NCBI GenBank assembly: GCA_965208425.1
Contig: OZ242335.1
Location: 188,544 to 252,543, forward strand
DNA from: Candidatus Poribacteria bacterium
Lineage (GTDB): Bacteria > Poribacteria > WGA-4E > PCPOR2b
Direction: 5' to 3'
DNA length: 64,000 bases
Shown here: piece by piece, positions 40,419 through 50,382 of the stretch
Layout of the letters: every line of letters starts with the position of its first letter
Numbering within the stretch: the stretch's first letter is position 1
The notes under the pieces: generated by a model
Database searches by the model: none
Seen by the model: only the letters and a program-made list of their open reading frames with translations
What the model was told of the DNA's origin: nothing
Made by a program: the position numbers and the translations under genes

Positions 40419-40470
40419 AACGCTTGTGGAGATTTTGTAAGTCCTCACCTGCAACACGAGGCAAAAATCG
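40250..40470 (+). ncRNA. predicted omega-RNA (reRNA) region overlapping the tnpB 3' end and the IS right end
   Basis: Based on established TnpB biology only: the guide RNA derives from the 3' end of tnpB and the RE. No structure was computed. Confidence 0.25.
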
Positions 40471-40502
40471 TTGAAGCAGGAAGATAGCATGGAGATAATA
40501 CA

Positions 40503-41498
40503 ATGTCTACCAATCAGTCTATTAAGAATCCCAATGTTTCAACTTTGGGAGCAGTCAAAGTCATGATTAATACGGAAGTTGAGCCGGAACACCTGCAACG
40601 TATTCAACTGGTTTCCGACGATATTCAGATCGTCCAACCTCAAGACAATGAGGCACAACTCAAAGAGGTGGTAGACACCGATGTGATTCTCGGTGGAGTT
40701 AGTCGCGCTCTCTTTGAAAACGCCGAACAACTCAAATGGGTACAGGTACTTGGCGCAGGCGTTGATGGTGTCCTTTTTCCTGAGTTTGTCGAAAGTGATG
40801 TCATCCTGACAAGCGCGAAAGGATTTGTTGGACCCCATCTCGCGGATCAAACGTGGGCGTTAATCCTCGGCTTGCTCAGAGGGATTGGTCGTGCTGTCCG
40901 CGAACGAACTTGGGAAAACCGGATGTCTATTCGTGGAGAGACATGGGAACTTGAAGGATGTACGCTCGGCATCGTTGGACTCGGCGGCACGGGGATTGAC
41001 GTCGCTAAACGTGCACAAGGCTTTGATATGCGCGTGATTGCTGTTGATCCGGAAAATGTGGATCCGCCGCCATTCGTTCATGAAGTTTGGAAGATGGACC
41101 GGTTTTATGACCTCCTTGAAGAATCAGACGTTGTGTCAATCTGCGCTCCTTTGACGCCGGAAACGCATGGAATGTTTAATGATGCAGCGTTCCAGCGCAT
41201 GAAACCACACGCGCTGCTCATTAACGTAACACGCGGCAAGATTGTTGATGGGCCAAGTCTTCTTCGTGCCTTGAACGATGGACAGATAGGAGGAGCGGGA
41301 CTCGATGTTACACCAGAGGAGCCTTTGCCGCAGGATAGCCCACTTTGGGATCTGCCTAGGGTTATTATTACACCCCATGCGGCGGGTGGTTCGCCGATTC
41401 GGCTTGACCGGACGATTGGATTGTTCTGTGATAATCTCGAAAGGCTTATGGCGGATAAACCCCTATTGAGCGTCATAGATAAGCGAAAGGGTTATTAA
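40503..41498 (+). CDS. D-isomer-specific 2-hydroxyacid dehydrogenase (PGDH/GyaR-like)
   Basis: NAD-binding GIVGLGGTG...D and catalytic R/E/H contexts (ITPHAAGGS). 331 aa. Confidence 0.85.
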   Translation: MSTNQSIKNPNVSTLGAVKVMINTEVEPEHLQRIQLVSDDIQIVQPQDNEAQLKEVVDTDVILGGVSRALFENAEQLKWVQVLGAGVDGVLFPEFVESDVILTSAKGFVGPHLADQTWALILGLLRGIGRAVRERTWENRMSIRGETWELEGCTLGIVGLGGTGIDVAKRAQGFDMRVIAVDPENVDPPPFVHEVWKMDRFYDLLEESDVVSICAPLTPETHGMFNDAAFQRMKPHALLINVTRGKIVDGPSLLRALNDGQIGGAGLDVTPEEPLPQDSPLWDLPRVIITPHAAGGSPIRLDRTIGLFCDNLERLMADKPLLSVIDKRKGY

Positions 41499-41582
41499 TC
41501 TTTGGTGCTAGTTTGGTGATTAGTCAATGCCACCTCTTGGTTCACCAGTTCAAGAGTTCATTAGTTCATTAATAAACTAGCA

Positions 41583-41730
41583 GGATTTACGCAAAGTTAG
41601 CACGCGGAGTTTCTAACCCCCTAAATCTCCTAACCCCCCTATCCCCCCTTATCAGGGGGGAATTGTTCGTCTGGCTTATCAGGGGGCCTTGGGAAACTCA
41701 GGGGGCCTTATGAACCAACTGCGTAAGTCC
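41583..41730. mobile_element. MITE family 3 copy
   Basis: caggatttacgcaaagtt ... caactgcgtaagtcctaa; internal cccttatcaggggg palindromes. Confidence 0.5.
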
Positions 41731-41783
41731 TAAACTGGTAAACTAATGAACCAATGCACCAACAAGATAAGGCGTGAAAACTA

Positions 41784-43880
41784 TTGGGATTTCTTAATCC
41801 GATTTTCCTGTTGGGCATACTTGCGGCCGCTGTGCCGCTAATCATCCACCTTTGGAGACGTCATCAAGCGAAAACGGTGGATTTTAGCAGCCTGATGTTT
41901 CTCTTGGCCGCCTATCGACAAAATGTTCGACGCATTCAACTTAAGCATCTGCTAATTCTGCTTTTGCGAGTGTTGATTATCATACTGATTGCTCTCGCAC
42001 TCGCACGTCCCCTGCTTAAAAACCGATTTGCCTTCGCCGGTGGAAGAACAAAAACCAGCGTTGTCATCATTCTGGACAATTCTTATAGCATGGGGTATCA
42101 GGGAATTCAGGGAGGACGGTTTGAAGTCGCAAAAGGGATGGCACTTGAAATTGCTCAATCCCTCCGGCGTGGCGACAGTGCCTCCGTAATTTTAATGTCT
42201 GATATCCCTGATTCACTATTTCCCAAACTGACGAAAGATCTGAATCAGGTGAGGGAGGCGATTCGGCGTTCCCAGATTTCTTACCGCGCAACGTTGGTCC
42301 CGCCGAGCCTTGAAATGGCGCACGATATCCTTGAAGCGTCCAACGATCCGAACAAGGAGATTTATCTAATTTCTGACTTTAGTCGTAACGGCTGGAGGCA
42401 CTGGAATCGTGTGCCCAACCGATCTAGGGCAAGGATTTTTCTACTTCCTCTTGATGATGAAGTTACCGATAATATAAGCATTGAAGAAGTTCGAGCCTCT
42501 AACCAACTAATTGGTTTGGGGTTGCCCATTGAATTGGGGGTAGCAATAGGGGTTCATTCCGATGCACCTGTGGCTGACACAACACTGACGCTTTTTATCG
42601 ACGAGCAGAAACGGCGATCCATCAATCCTCGGGCAGGAGCGGGTGAATCGGTGAGATTGACGTTTACGCACCAATTTGAATCACCCGGTACGCACACCGG
42701 ATATCTGGAATTAACTGCGGATCGCCTGCCCATTGATAATCGTCGTTACTTCGTCCTTGATGCTTATGGCCAAATTCGTGTGCTTTGTGTCGGTGTTCAA
42801 ACGACGTACTTGGCGCTCGCATTAAACCCAGCAGTTCAGGCGCAGCCGAACACCGGTTCCTCTTTTTTACCTGCGACTGCTTCCCTAGACGCGTTAGAGG
42901 AACTAACGCTTGCAGAGTATGACATTCTGATTTTAGCAGATGTACCGATATTCTCAGCTCGCGTTCAGCAACAATTGCAAGCGTTCATGCGGGCAGGCAA
43001 AAGTGTCATCTACTTTGTGGGCGATGGCGTTGATACTGCTAGTTATAATGCGTTTGCCGATTGGTTGCCCGCAGATGTAGGCCAACCGATAACGTGGCAG
43101 CGGCCAGTAACCTTGTCAAATTACAAGGCAGATTCCCCGATTTTTGAGGTCTTTAAGGGAGAAGACTTTTCAGGACAATACGCGCCACAATTTTATCGTG
43201 GTCTGAAGTTGAAACCGTCTGAAGATGCAAAGATTGTTGCACAATTGAGCGATGGCACACCATTTCTCATCGAACGCCCTATTGGCCGAGGGATAGCACT
43301 ACTTTTTAATGTGTCTGCTGCTCAGTTGGATGCATCGAGTCTATTGGTCAATCAGAACTTTCTACCTTTGTTGCAACAAGCTGTGCTTTACACAAAGGCG
43401 AATCAATCTGCGCATCAAAGAAACTTAATTGTTGGCGAGCCTTACACAGCAAACTACCGGTGGAGTGGAGCAACGACTACACAGATAACGCGCTTGGGGG
43501 ATGCGACCCATTCGTCAGAGACGCTCTCACTTACCGAGGGAGGGGCGCTCACGTTTAGTGGAACAGATGCCCCCGGCATCTATAAAGTTGAGGGACAGAG
43601 TAGAGATACACTCCTGCAAGATTTTTTCGCTGTGAATGTTGATGCATCAGAATCGGAACTACAAGCCATCCCCATTGAGGAAGCTGTGGTGCGAATTGGG
43701 GCGCAGACAGAGGTTATTTCAGAATCAGAGGCTTTAGAACAGACGCTCAACACCTACCGGGTTGGAGTGGAAATCTGGAGCGAGTTGCTACTCATCGCTC
43801 TTATCTTGATGTTAATTGAAGGGATTCTATCCAATCGAGAAAGCGCAATTGCTGATGATTCTGTGCCAGGTCCCAACTAG
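41784..43880 (+). CDS. BatA-like membrane protein: N-terminal double-TM 'aerotolerance' domain + vWA domain + C-terminal TM
   Basis: N-terminus NPIFLLGILAAAVPLIIHLWRR (BatA_N pattern). MIDAS-type LDNSYSM. 698 aa. TTG start per the track. Confidence 0.7.
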   Translation: MGFLNPIFLLGILAAAVPLIIHLWRRHQAKTVDFSSLMFLLAAYRQNVRRIQLKHLLILLLRVLIIILIALALARPLLKNRFAFAGGRTKTSVVIILDNSYSMGYQGIQGGRFEVAKGMALEIAQSLRRGDSASVILMSDIPDSLFPKLTKDLNQVREAIRRSQISYRATLVPPSLEMAHDILEASNDPNKEIYLISDFSRNGWRHWNRVPNRSRARIFLLPLDDEVTDNISIEEVRASNQLIGLGLPIELGVAIGVHSDAPVADTTLTLFIDEQKRRSINPRAGAGESVRLTFTHQFESPGTHTGYLELTADRLPIDNRRYFVLDAYGQIRVLCVGVQTTYLALALNPAVQAQPNTGSSFLPATASLDALEELTLAEYDILILADVPIFSARVQQQLQAFMRAGKSVIYFVGDGVDTASYNAFADWLPADVGQPITWQRPVTLSNYKADSPIFEVFKGEDFSGQYAPQFYRGLKLKPSEDAKIVAQLSDGTPFLIERPIGRGIALLFNVSAAQLDASSLLVNQNFLPLLQQAVLYTKANQSAHQRNLIVGEPYTANYRWSGATTTQITRLGDATHSSETLSLTEGGALTFSGTDAPGIYKVEGQSRDTLLQDFFAVNVDASESELQAIPIEEAVVRIGAQTEVISESEALEQTLNTYRVGVEIWSELLLIALILMLIEGILSNRESAIADDSVPGPN

Positions 43881-43900
43881 TCGAGGATTCTCGATTTCGT

Positions 43901-43920
43901 AAGCGTTGGAACGCTTTTCA
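43901..43920 (+). terminator. candidate intrinsic terminator (aagcgt-tgga-acgctt followed by TTT)
   Basis: Short hairpin 20 nt after the stop at 43880. Weak. Confidence 0.3.
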
Positions 43921-43985
43921 GTCCCGATCTATCGGAGACGCAACGGAATCGGAGCCAGACCTGAATAATATCTCCCAATCTACCG

Positions 43986-45752
43986 ATGAAATGTCTATGC
44001 CCCCTTGCCCTTATCATTTTAATTCTTCTTACCCAGATATTACCCGCCGATGCGGCTCCAATCCGCAATATTATTGTCACAGGAAATGAAGCGTTCCCTA
44101 GCGAGAAAATTCTCAGCTTAATGCAATCGCAAGTTGGTGATGACTATGATCCCGATCTGCTTCGCCAAGATTTTGAATGGATTGCCGGTCATTACCAAAT
44201 ACACGGATTTCAATTCGCTCGAGTTGATCCAGAGCAGCTTGTAGCCCTAGAATTCACTGATGGTGTTTATCTCAGAATCTACATCGACGAGGGAAGGATT
44301 GGGCGAATTACAATAAAAGGAAATAGCCGCACCAAAACTGATGTAATCAGACAAGAGCTGCTTTTTGAAAGAGGCGATGTTTACATACAGGACGATGAGT
44401 TGGAAAGTGAACGTATCCTACGCCGAAAGCCGTATTTGGGAAGCGCGGAAATTCTTGCAACGCGGGACCCGGAAACCAATCTTATCTTAATAGAGGTCGA
44501 AGTCACAGACCTATGGACTTTTTTTCCTGCCTTAGATGTCCCTGCCTTCAGCAAAGATAAAACGGGTTTTTTAGTTGCACTGTCGGATTCAAATGTATTC
44601 GGTTCTGGGGACAGTGGTCGCATCCGTTACGAACAGATTCGTGAAGAAGGGGAAGATCCACGTCATCTTATCAGTGGTCTCTATAGGATATTCCGCCTGT
44701 TTGATTCACATTGGGAGTTCGATGGCGTGTATACCCAAAAACGGGAGGGGGTTTCATGGGACGCGAGTATAAAACGGCCCTTGTATTCGCTTGAGACCCG
44801 CTGGAGTGCGGAGTTTACTGCCGCCGAATCTGTAGATGAAGTCCGCTGGTATGAGCAAGGCGTAAAAACAGCTGTCTTTGAACGAAGCAGTCAATCGGAG
44901 TCCGGACAGATTATCCGTTCCTTTGGTGATCGTCGTCGACAGACACAGATTGCGCTCTGGATGGTTTCTGAGCGTGCACATTTCGATGAGATTGAGAGGT
45001 TGCCGTCTGCCACCGCTAGCTTTCAGGACAGAAACACAAAGATGGTTGGAGTCTCGCTCGGTCACAGAAAAGTCAACTTTATCCGCACACGTTTTCTCAA
45101 TAAGATGGGTCGTGTTGAAGATATCGGAGTCGGATATGGGTACGGTCTGTCAGTCGGTCGCGCTCACCCGTTTTACGGTGCCGATCGCAGAGAAACAAGG
45201 GTGAGTCTGTTTCTCAATGCCTCCCAAGCATATCGAGATCTACTTTTCGTTAATGGCCGCACCGGGGTCACAACCCGTTTTGTTGGGCATGAAGAAGAGG
45301 ATGCGGTGTTTCAGGCGAGCATCAAAGCAGTACGCAAAAATCTCTTTCTGCGTCAAACCCTTGCTGCACGGATTTCTGCAGAGATGCAATTCGGACTTGC
45401 GGGAGAACAGCAGGTGCTTCTCGGTGGAAACAGTGGATTGCGTGGATATGATCCCCGACAATTCAGTGGGACCAAAAGGATTCGCCTCAACCTCGAAAGC
45501 CGAATGATTTTCTGGGAGCACTCGTTAGTTGTGATTGGGTCCGCAATTTTCGCTGATGTCGGTTATATTTGGGAAGGGGATACCTCCGATGTAGGGATTC
45601 CCAAGCGGAGTGTAGGATTTGGGTTGCGGTTGGGTCTACCCAAACTGAGCGGATCGCGAGTCTATCGTGCTGATTTGGCGTACCCGTTGGATGGCCCGGA
45701 AAAGCCATCGCTTATACCGGTTTTCACCTACGCGATCGGGCACGCCTTTTAG
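43986..45752 (+). CDS. Omp85/BamA-TamA-family outer-membrane protein (POTRA + surface-antigen beta-barrel)
   Basis: Signal peptide. POTRA-like IKGNSRTKTDVIRQEL. C-terminal ...YAIGHAF with terminal Phe. Confidence 0.8.
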   Translation: MKCLCPLALIILILLTQILPADAAPIRNIIVTGNEAFPSEKILSLMQSQVGDDYDPDLLRQDFEWIAGHYQIHGFQFARVDPEQLVALEFTDGVYLRIYIDEGRIGRITIKGNSRTKTDVIRQELLFERGDVYIQDDELESERILRRKPYLGSAEILATRDPETNLILIEVEVTDLWTFFPALDVPAFSKDKTGFLVALSDSNVFGSGDSGRIRYEQIREEGEDPRHLISGLYRIFRLFDSHWEFDGVYTQKREGVSWDASIKRPLYSLETRWSAEFTAAESVDEVRWYEQGVKTAVFERSSQSESGQIIRSFGDRRRQTQIALWMVSERAHFDEIERLPSATASFQDRNTKMVGVSLGHRKVNFIRTRFLNKMGRVEDIGVGYGYGLSVGRAHPFYGADRRETRVSLFLNASQAYRDLLFVNGRTGVTTRFVGHEEEDAVFQASIKAVRKNLFLRQTLAARISAEMQFGLAGEQQVLLGGNSGLRGYDPRQFSGTKRIRLNLESRMIFWEHSLVVIGSAIFADVGYIWEGDTSDVGIPKRSVGFGLRLGLPKLSGSRVYRADLAYPLDGPEKPSLIPVFTYAIGHAF

Positions 45753-45811
45753 ACTATCCTCCTTGGTTCATTGGTTCAAGAGTTCATGAATGAGCCAATC
45801 AGTTAATATGG

Positions 45812-45905
45812 TAGATCTTAGAATTAATGGGACACTGCCAATCGGCGAGGTTGGAAACCTCGCCTACCGGGGATCGAAAGTATCTATTTATTTTTAGAAT
45901 CTACC
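45812..45905. mobile_element. MITE family 1, short form
   Basis: tggtagatcttagaattaatgggacactgccaatcggcgaggttggaaacctcgcctaccggggatcgaaagtatctatttatttttagaatctacca. Confidence 0.6.
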
Positions 45906-45921
45906 ATAATTTTCGGATTCG

Positions 45922-46926
45922 CTACTGGTTTGAGCGTCCCAATACAGGGTACATCGGATCGTTATAGCCTTTCCCCGTATGCTCGCCGGGCGGTACGAGT
46001 TGGTCTACCGCCGCTTCGTCCTCCGGGCTGATGTCGCAGTCGAGACAACCAAGATTGTCTTCGAGTTGCTCTAAACTTTTAGGACCAATGATAACGGAAG
46101 TAATGGTTGGATTTGCGAGCGTCCAAGCCAAGGCAAATTGTGCCAACGTTTTATCGTGTGCTGCTGCCAACGGCTGGAGTTTCTGTGCGACTTCGTAGCT
46201 TTCCTCACGTAGTTCGGTTTGTAGAATCCGGCGATCTTGACGCGCTGCTCGTGAGTCCGGGGGCGGCGGTTGTCCGGGGAGATATTTGCCCGTTAGCACA
46301 CCGCGCGCCAGCGGACTATAGGGCACGACCCCCACGTTATAAGCTTTACAAAACGGCAGCAATTCAACTTCAATGTCCCGATTGACAATGTTGTAGAGCG
46401 GTTGCAGACAGATGAATTTTTCTAAATTCATGTGATCGCTCTTCCACCACGCTTCGCAGAGTCGCCACGCATCGAAATTGGAGCATCCGATGTAACGGAT
46501 TTTGCCCTGCCTAACGCAATCATCCAACGCACGAAGCGATTCCTCGATCGGTGTCAGGGCGTTCCAACGATGAAGGTAGTATAGGTCGATACGATCTGTA
46601 TCAAGCCGTCTGAGACTGTCCTCTACCGCCATCATGATGTGGTGACGACTCGTACCGGATCGGTTAAGCCCCTCCCCCATCGCGCCGCTCACCTTCGTTG
46701 CGATAAGCACATCATCCCGGCAAGCTTGGACCGCCTTGCCAACGATTCGTTCCGATTCGCCTGCATTGTAGACATTCGCTGTATCGATAAAATTGATTCC
46801 GGCATCTATTGCGCGTTCGATAATCTTGATTGAATTACTCTCGTTCGTTGGGCTGCCAAACATCATTGCACCAAGACAAAGCCGTGAAACTTGGACGCCA
46901 GAATTGCCTAGAATACTATATTCCAT
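45922..46926 (-). CDS. aldo/keto reductase (second paralogue)
   Basis: MEYSILGNSGVQVSRLCLGAMMFG, IDTANVY, and a C-terminal AKR fold. 334 aa. Confidence 0.85.
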   Translation of the reverse strand: MEYSILGNSGVQVSRLCLGAMMFGSPTNESNSIKIIERAIDAGINFIDTANVYNAGESERIVGKAVQACRDDVLIATKVSGAMGEGLNRSGTSRHHIMMAVEDSLRRLDTDRIDLYYLHRWNALTPIEESLRALDDCVRQGKIRYIGCSNFDAWRLCEAWWKSDHMNLEKFICLQPLYNIVNRDIEVELLPFCKAYNVGVVPYSPLARGVLTGKYLPGQPPPPDSRAARQDRRILQTELREESYEVAQKLQPLAAAHDKTLAQFALAWTLANPTITSVIIGPKSLEQLEDNLGCLDCDISPEDEAAVDQLVPPGEHTGKGYNDPMYPVLGRSNQ

Positions 46927-47049
46927 TGATTGATACTCCTCTCGATAATTTTAGGCACAGGTTATAAGACCATAAGTTGATATTTTGTGCATTTTAGCAC
47001 ATAGATCAGTTGCGCGCAAACGAAAAGGGGTACTGCAACGACAATCTCC

Positions 47050-47847
47050 TCAATTCTTCGATTTAGCGCACCGGAAGCCGATGTGGTAATATGTACCTGA
47101 TAGGGCGTAAGCGCGTGCTGCGCACCGCAGATCAAATATTGAATCAAACCAGCTTCCACCACGAACAACAAACGGTCCCCTTGTAGGATGCCTTCGTTGA
47201 TTCATACGATCTCTGCGATAATACGGCAGATATCTATCTGCACACCACTCCGCTGCGTTACCTCCCATGTTGTAGAGGGTGTAGCTATTCGGTGAAAAGT
47301 GGTCAACCGGTTTCAGGTATCTCTGCATATTTTTCAACCCACCGCTGCGGATATCCCTCGAATCGTAGTTTGCTGCGTCTGGATCAATTTGATTTCCCCA
47401 TGGATAGCGCTGCCTCGACTGCCCGCCCCGCGCTGCCTTCTCCCATTCCGCTTCCGTTGGCAACCTTTTCTCACGCCATTCGCAATACGCTTGCGCTGCT
47501 TCATGTGTGACATACGTCATGGGATAGCGGTCCATGCCAATGGGAATGTCGTTTCCAACCCAATGCTTGAGATAGTCCCGCACATTGACGGCTGACTTTT
47601 GCCATTGACGGTTCGCCAAAACAAATGCTCGATAGTCGGCATTGGTCGTTTCGTACTTGTCGATATAGAACGCCTCCAGCGAGACTTGGTGCACAGGTAT
47701 TTCATTGGACCTACCTTTATCGCTCCCCATCTGAAACGATCCGGCGGGGATGAGCACCATCTCCGATGATGCGAACCCTTGAGGGTGCCCGATTGCACCA
47801 ACAAATAGTAGAACGTAAAGCATCAGGCTACATAGGTGGTTAGGCAT
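47050..47847 (-). CDS. formylglycine-generating enzyme (FGE/SUMF1) family protein, with signal peptide
   Basis: C-terminal signature ...RGGSWFDSIFDLRCAARAYALSGTYYHIGFRCAKS. 265 aa. Confidence 0.85.
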   Translation of the reverse strand: MPNHLCSLMLYVLLFVGAIGHPQGFASSEMVLIPAGSFQMGSDKGRSNEIPVHQVSLEAFYIDKYETTNADYRAFVLANRQWQKSAVNVRDYLKHWVGNDIPIGMDRYPMTYVTHEAAQAYCEWREKRLPTEAEWEKAARGGQSRQRYPWGNQIDPDAANYDSRDIRSGGLKNMQRYLKPVDHFSPNSYTLYNMGGNAAEWCADRYLPYYRRDRMNQRRHPTRGPFVVRGGSWFDSIFDLRCAARAYALSGTYYHIGFRCAKSKN

Positions 47848-47878
47848 GACTAGCTCTCCCTCGTAATTCTCTTAATAG

Positions 47879-48268
47879 CTATTCCACTACAACCGCATCC
47901 GCTTCGATTTCGACCAACATCTCCGGTTCAATCAAGCGGCTGATTTCGACCATACTGGTAGCGGGACGAATTGCTCCAAAGAACTCACCGTGTGCGAGTC
48001 CAATCTTCTCCCAATCGTTGATGTCTGTCACATAGATGCGTGTGCGGACGACATCTTTCAGACTGGCACCTGCGGATCTGAGTGCAGTTTCTATGTTGCT
48101 TATGGTCTGCAATGTCTGTTTATAGGCGTCCCCCGCACCGACGATTTCGCCGTTTTTACCTGTCGCTGTCGTTCCTGAAACGTGGATATATTGCCCAATC
48201 CGGACAGCCCGTGAATAGCCCACAATCAATTCCCATTTTGTTCCCGTCGAAATGTTTTGTCTTTTCAT
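47879..48268 (-). CDS. ridA: RidA/YjgF-family enamine/imine deaminase
   Basis: 129 aa; YjgF fold pattern (..[12 protein letters not shown]...MVEI..L). Confidence 0.75.
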   Translation of the reverse strand: MKRQNISTGTKWELIVGYSRAVRIGQYIHVSGTTATGKNGEIVGAGDAYKQTLQTISNIETALRSAGASLKDVVRTRIYVTDINDWEKIGLAHGEFFGAIRPATSMVEISRLIEPEMLVEIEADAVVVE

Positions 48269-48620
48269 TATCAGTAGTTTAGGTGTGGATTATACCCTCT
48301 GCCTGTGTTTTGTGTAGGAGCGATTTCCGAATCGCGACTCTAACTCTGCTGCAGTCTAACATACCGCCCGATTTTTATCAAGATTTGCACGATTCATTAG
48401 TAATCTGTGACGTGAGTTGGTAAGGCTATCATTTCAACATCATCCAAGAGTCGTGAGTAAAGCGTAGAGAGTTCCGCCTATCATGCTTTACGTTTCACTC
48501 TTTTGGAATTGACCCAACTCAAAGAATCTGATAAGCTGCTCCTAACAGGTTTTGCTGGCATGTCAAACCCACGTAATAAAATCTCACTATAACCTCCAAC
48601 GCACAGAAAAGGGGAGAACA

Positions 48621-49829
48621 ATGGACAAAGCACATAAGGTTACGATGTTAGGAACAGGGCTAATCGGTATGTTCTACACAATGACGCTCCACGGGCAGCG
48701 AAGCCGGGACCGCGTTCGTGTGGTGTACTCACGCACTGAGGAGCGGGCGAAAGATTTTGCAGCCGAGTGGGACATCCCTAAATCGACGACGGATCTCGCT
48801 GAAGCAATTAACGATCCGGAAACCGATGTGGTGGTCATCGGTCTTCCCAATGACTTGCACGAGGAAGCGGTTGCGATGGCTGCCGAAGCGGGCAAAGCGA
48901 TCCTATGTACGAAACCGTTGGGACGCAACGCAGCTGAAGCCAAAAGGATGCTTGATACCGTTGAAAAGGCAGGTGTCTTTCACGGTTATCTTGAGGATCT
49001 GGTCTACCCTCCGAAGACGCTCAAATCTATTGAATCTGCTAAAAACGGCGCGATTGGTCAGGTATTATGGGTTCGCTCTCGTGAAACTCACCCCGGACCC
49101 CACAGCGACTGGTTCTGGGATATTGAACAGGCAGGTGGCGGTGCCATCGTTGACATGGGCTGCCACTGTATCGAAATTATCCGTAACTTTATCGGCAAAG
49201 ATATTAAACCCATTGAGGTCATGTGTTGGGCGGACACCCTCGTCCATCCCGTTGAAGCGGAAGACCACGGGATTGCCCTGATCAAATTTGAGAACGGGGC
49301 AATGGGGCAGTTTGAGGTAGGATGGGCATTTCGCGGCGGCATGGATATACGCGATGAAGTATCGGGCACAGAAGGCACCATCTGGCTCAACCACTGGCTG
49401 AGAACGGGTATGGAGATGTTTACATCGGGCGGACAGGGCGGTTACGTTGCTGAAAAAGCTGAAACCGATACAGGCTGGCTTTTCCCTGTTGGTGATGAGG
49501 TCGGGGAACTCGGATATCGTGATATGTTTGTTGACATACTCAACGCTTTGGATAATGGCACGGAGCCGATGGAAACCTTTTATGATGGATACGTCGTCAA
49601 CGCCATTATCGATGCGTGTTATCGGTCAGCAAAATCGAAGCAGTGGGAGCCGGTAGAATTGGAGGACTGGCGTGGGGCGACTGGAGTAGAGAAGATTGGT
49701 GTTGCAGCGGTTGAAGTTGACGGGGGTTATACACTGGTTAAGGAAGAACGGATGCCCGATGGTCGCCTAAAACAGATTATCAGAGATAAGGAGAGCGGTG
49801 CTATCACTGAGAGGATTACGGAGAGTTGA
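48621..49829 (+). CDS. Gfo/Idh/MocA-family oxidoreductase
   Basis: Start re-called at ATG 48621 ([16 protein letters not shown]) with a GGGGAG SD. Rossmann N-terminus and a C-terminal alpha/beta domain. Confidence 0.8.
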   Translation: MDKAHKVTMLGTGLIGMFYTMTLHGQRSRDRVRVVYSRTEERAKDFAAEWDIPKSTTDLAEAINDPETDVVVIGLPNDLHEEAVAMAAEAGKAILCTKPLGRNAAEAKRMLDTVEKAGVFHGYLEDLVYPPKTLKSIESAKNGAIGQVLWVRSRETHPGPHSDWFWDIEQAGGGAIVDMGCHCIEIIRNFIGKDIKPIEVMCWADTLVHPVEAEDHGIALIKFENGAMGQFEVGWAFRGGMDIRDEVSGTEGTIWLNHWLRTGMEMFTSGGQGGYVAEKAETDTGWLFPVGDEVGELGYRDMFVDILNALDNGTEPMETFYDGYVVNAIIDACYRSAKSKQWEPVELEDWRGATGVEKIGVAAVEVDGGYTLVKEERMPDGRLKQIIRDKESGAITERITES

Positions 49830-49847
49830 AATCCGCTGTGGCCCCTG

Positions 49848-50035
49848 CATTATAGTGAATTCTAAAAGTGAATAGACACTTTCGCCCCTTACCTGGTAGG
49901 TGCGGTTTTCAACCGCACCGAATAGGCGCAGTTAGAAACAGCGCCTACCAAACGGTGGAACGGTAGTTTCGTTTTCCTAACTCCCCCGGTTTGGAGTGTT
50001 TCATTAATTCTAAGGTCCACTATAATAATGGTAGG
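49848..50035. mobile_element. MITE family 1 copy, full length, inverse orientation
   Basis: ctaaaagtgaatagacactttcgcccc...ggtttggagtgtttcattaattctaaggtccactata. Confidence 0.7.
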
Positions 50036-50382
50036 GCTTACGCCCTTCAGTAGGGAACGCAGATGCCGCTCTCCCAATTCTATCGTCGGGACTTCGGGGG
50101 ATCTGCGTTTCCTACGAAACAGAACCGGTGCCTAAGAACTGATTGTAGCTGCCCGATTCCTCCCCGATAAATTGGGATTCAGAGCAACGGGCGTTGTGAG
50201 TTGTGTTATGCGGTGATCAAACGCCGAACTACAAGTTGAAAACTCTCGGAACGGAGTCGAAGCGTCCCCCGGTCCCGACTCGTCGGGACCGATCCGAATC
50301 AAGAATGGAATCGGGACTCAAAAATCAGGATCGGAACGGAGGTTTGGAGTGTTCAACTATTGATGCAATATGATTTCCCGGC

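Larger units (their letters stand above)
39225..40470 (+). mobile_element. IS200/IS605-family element of the IS1341 type (tnpB only, no tnpA)
   Basis: TnpB ORF plus a left-end hairpin ccaccgcccggtggtg (39273-39288). Boundaries are approximate. Confidence 0.6.
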
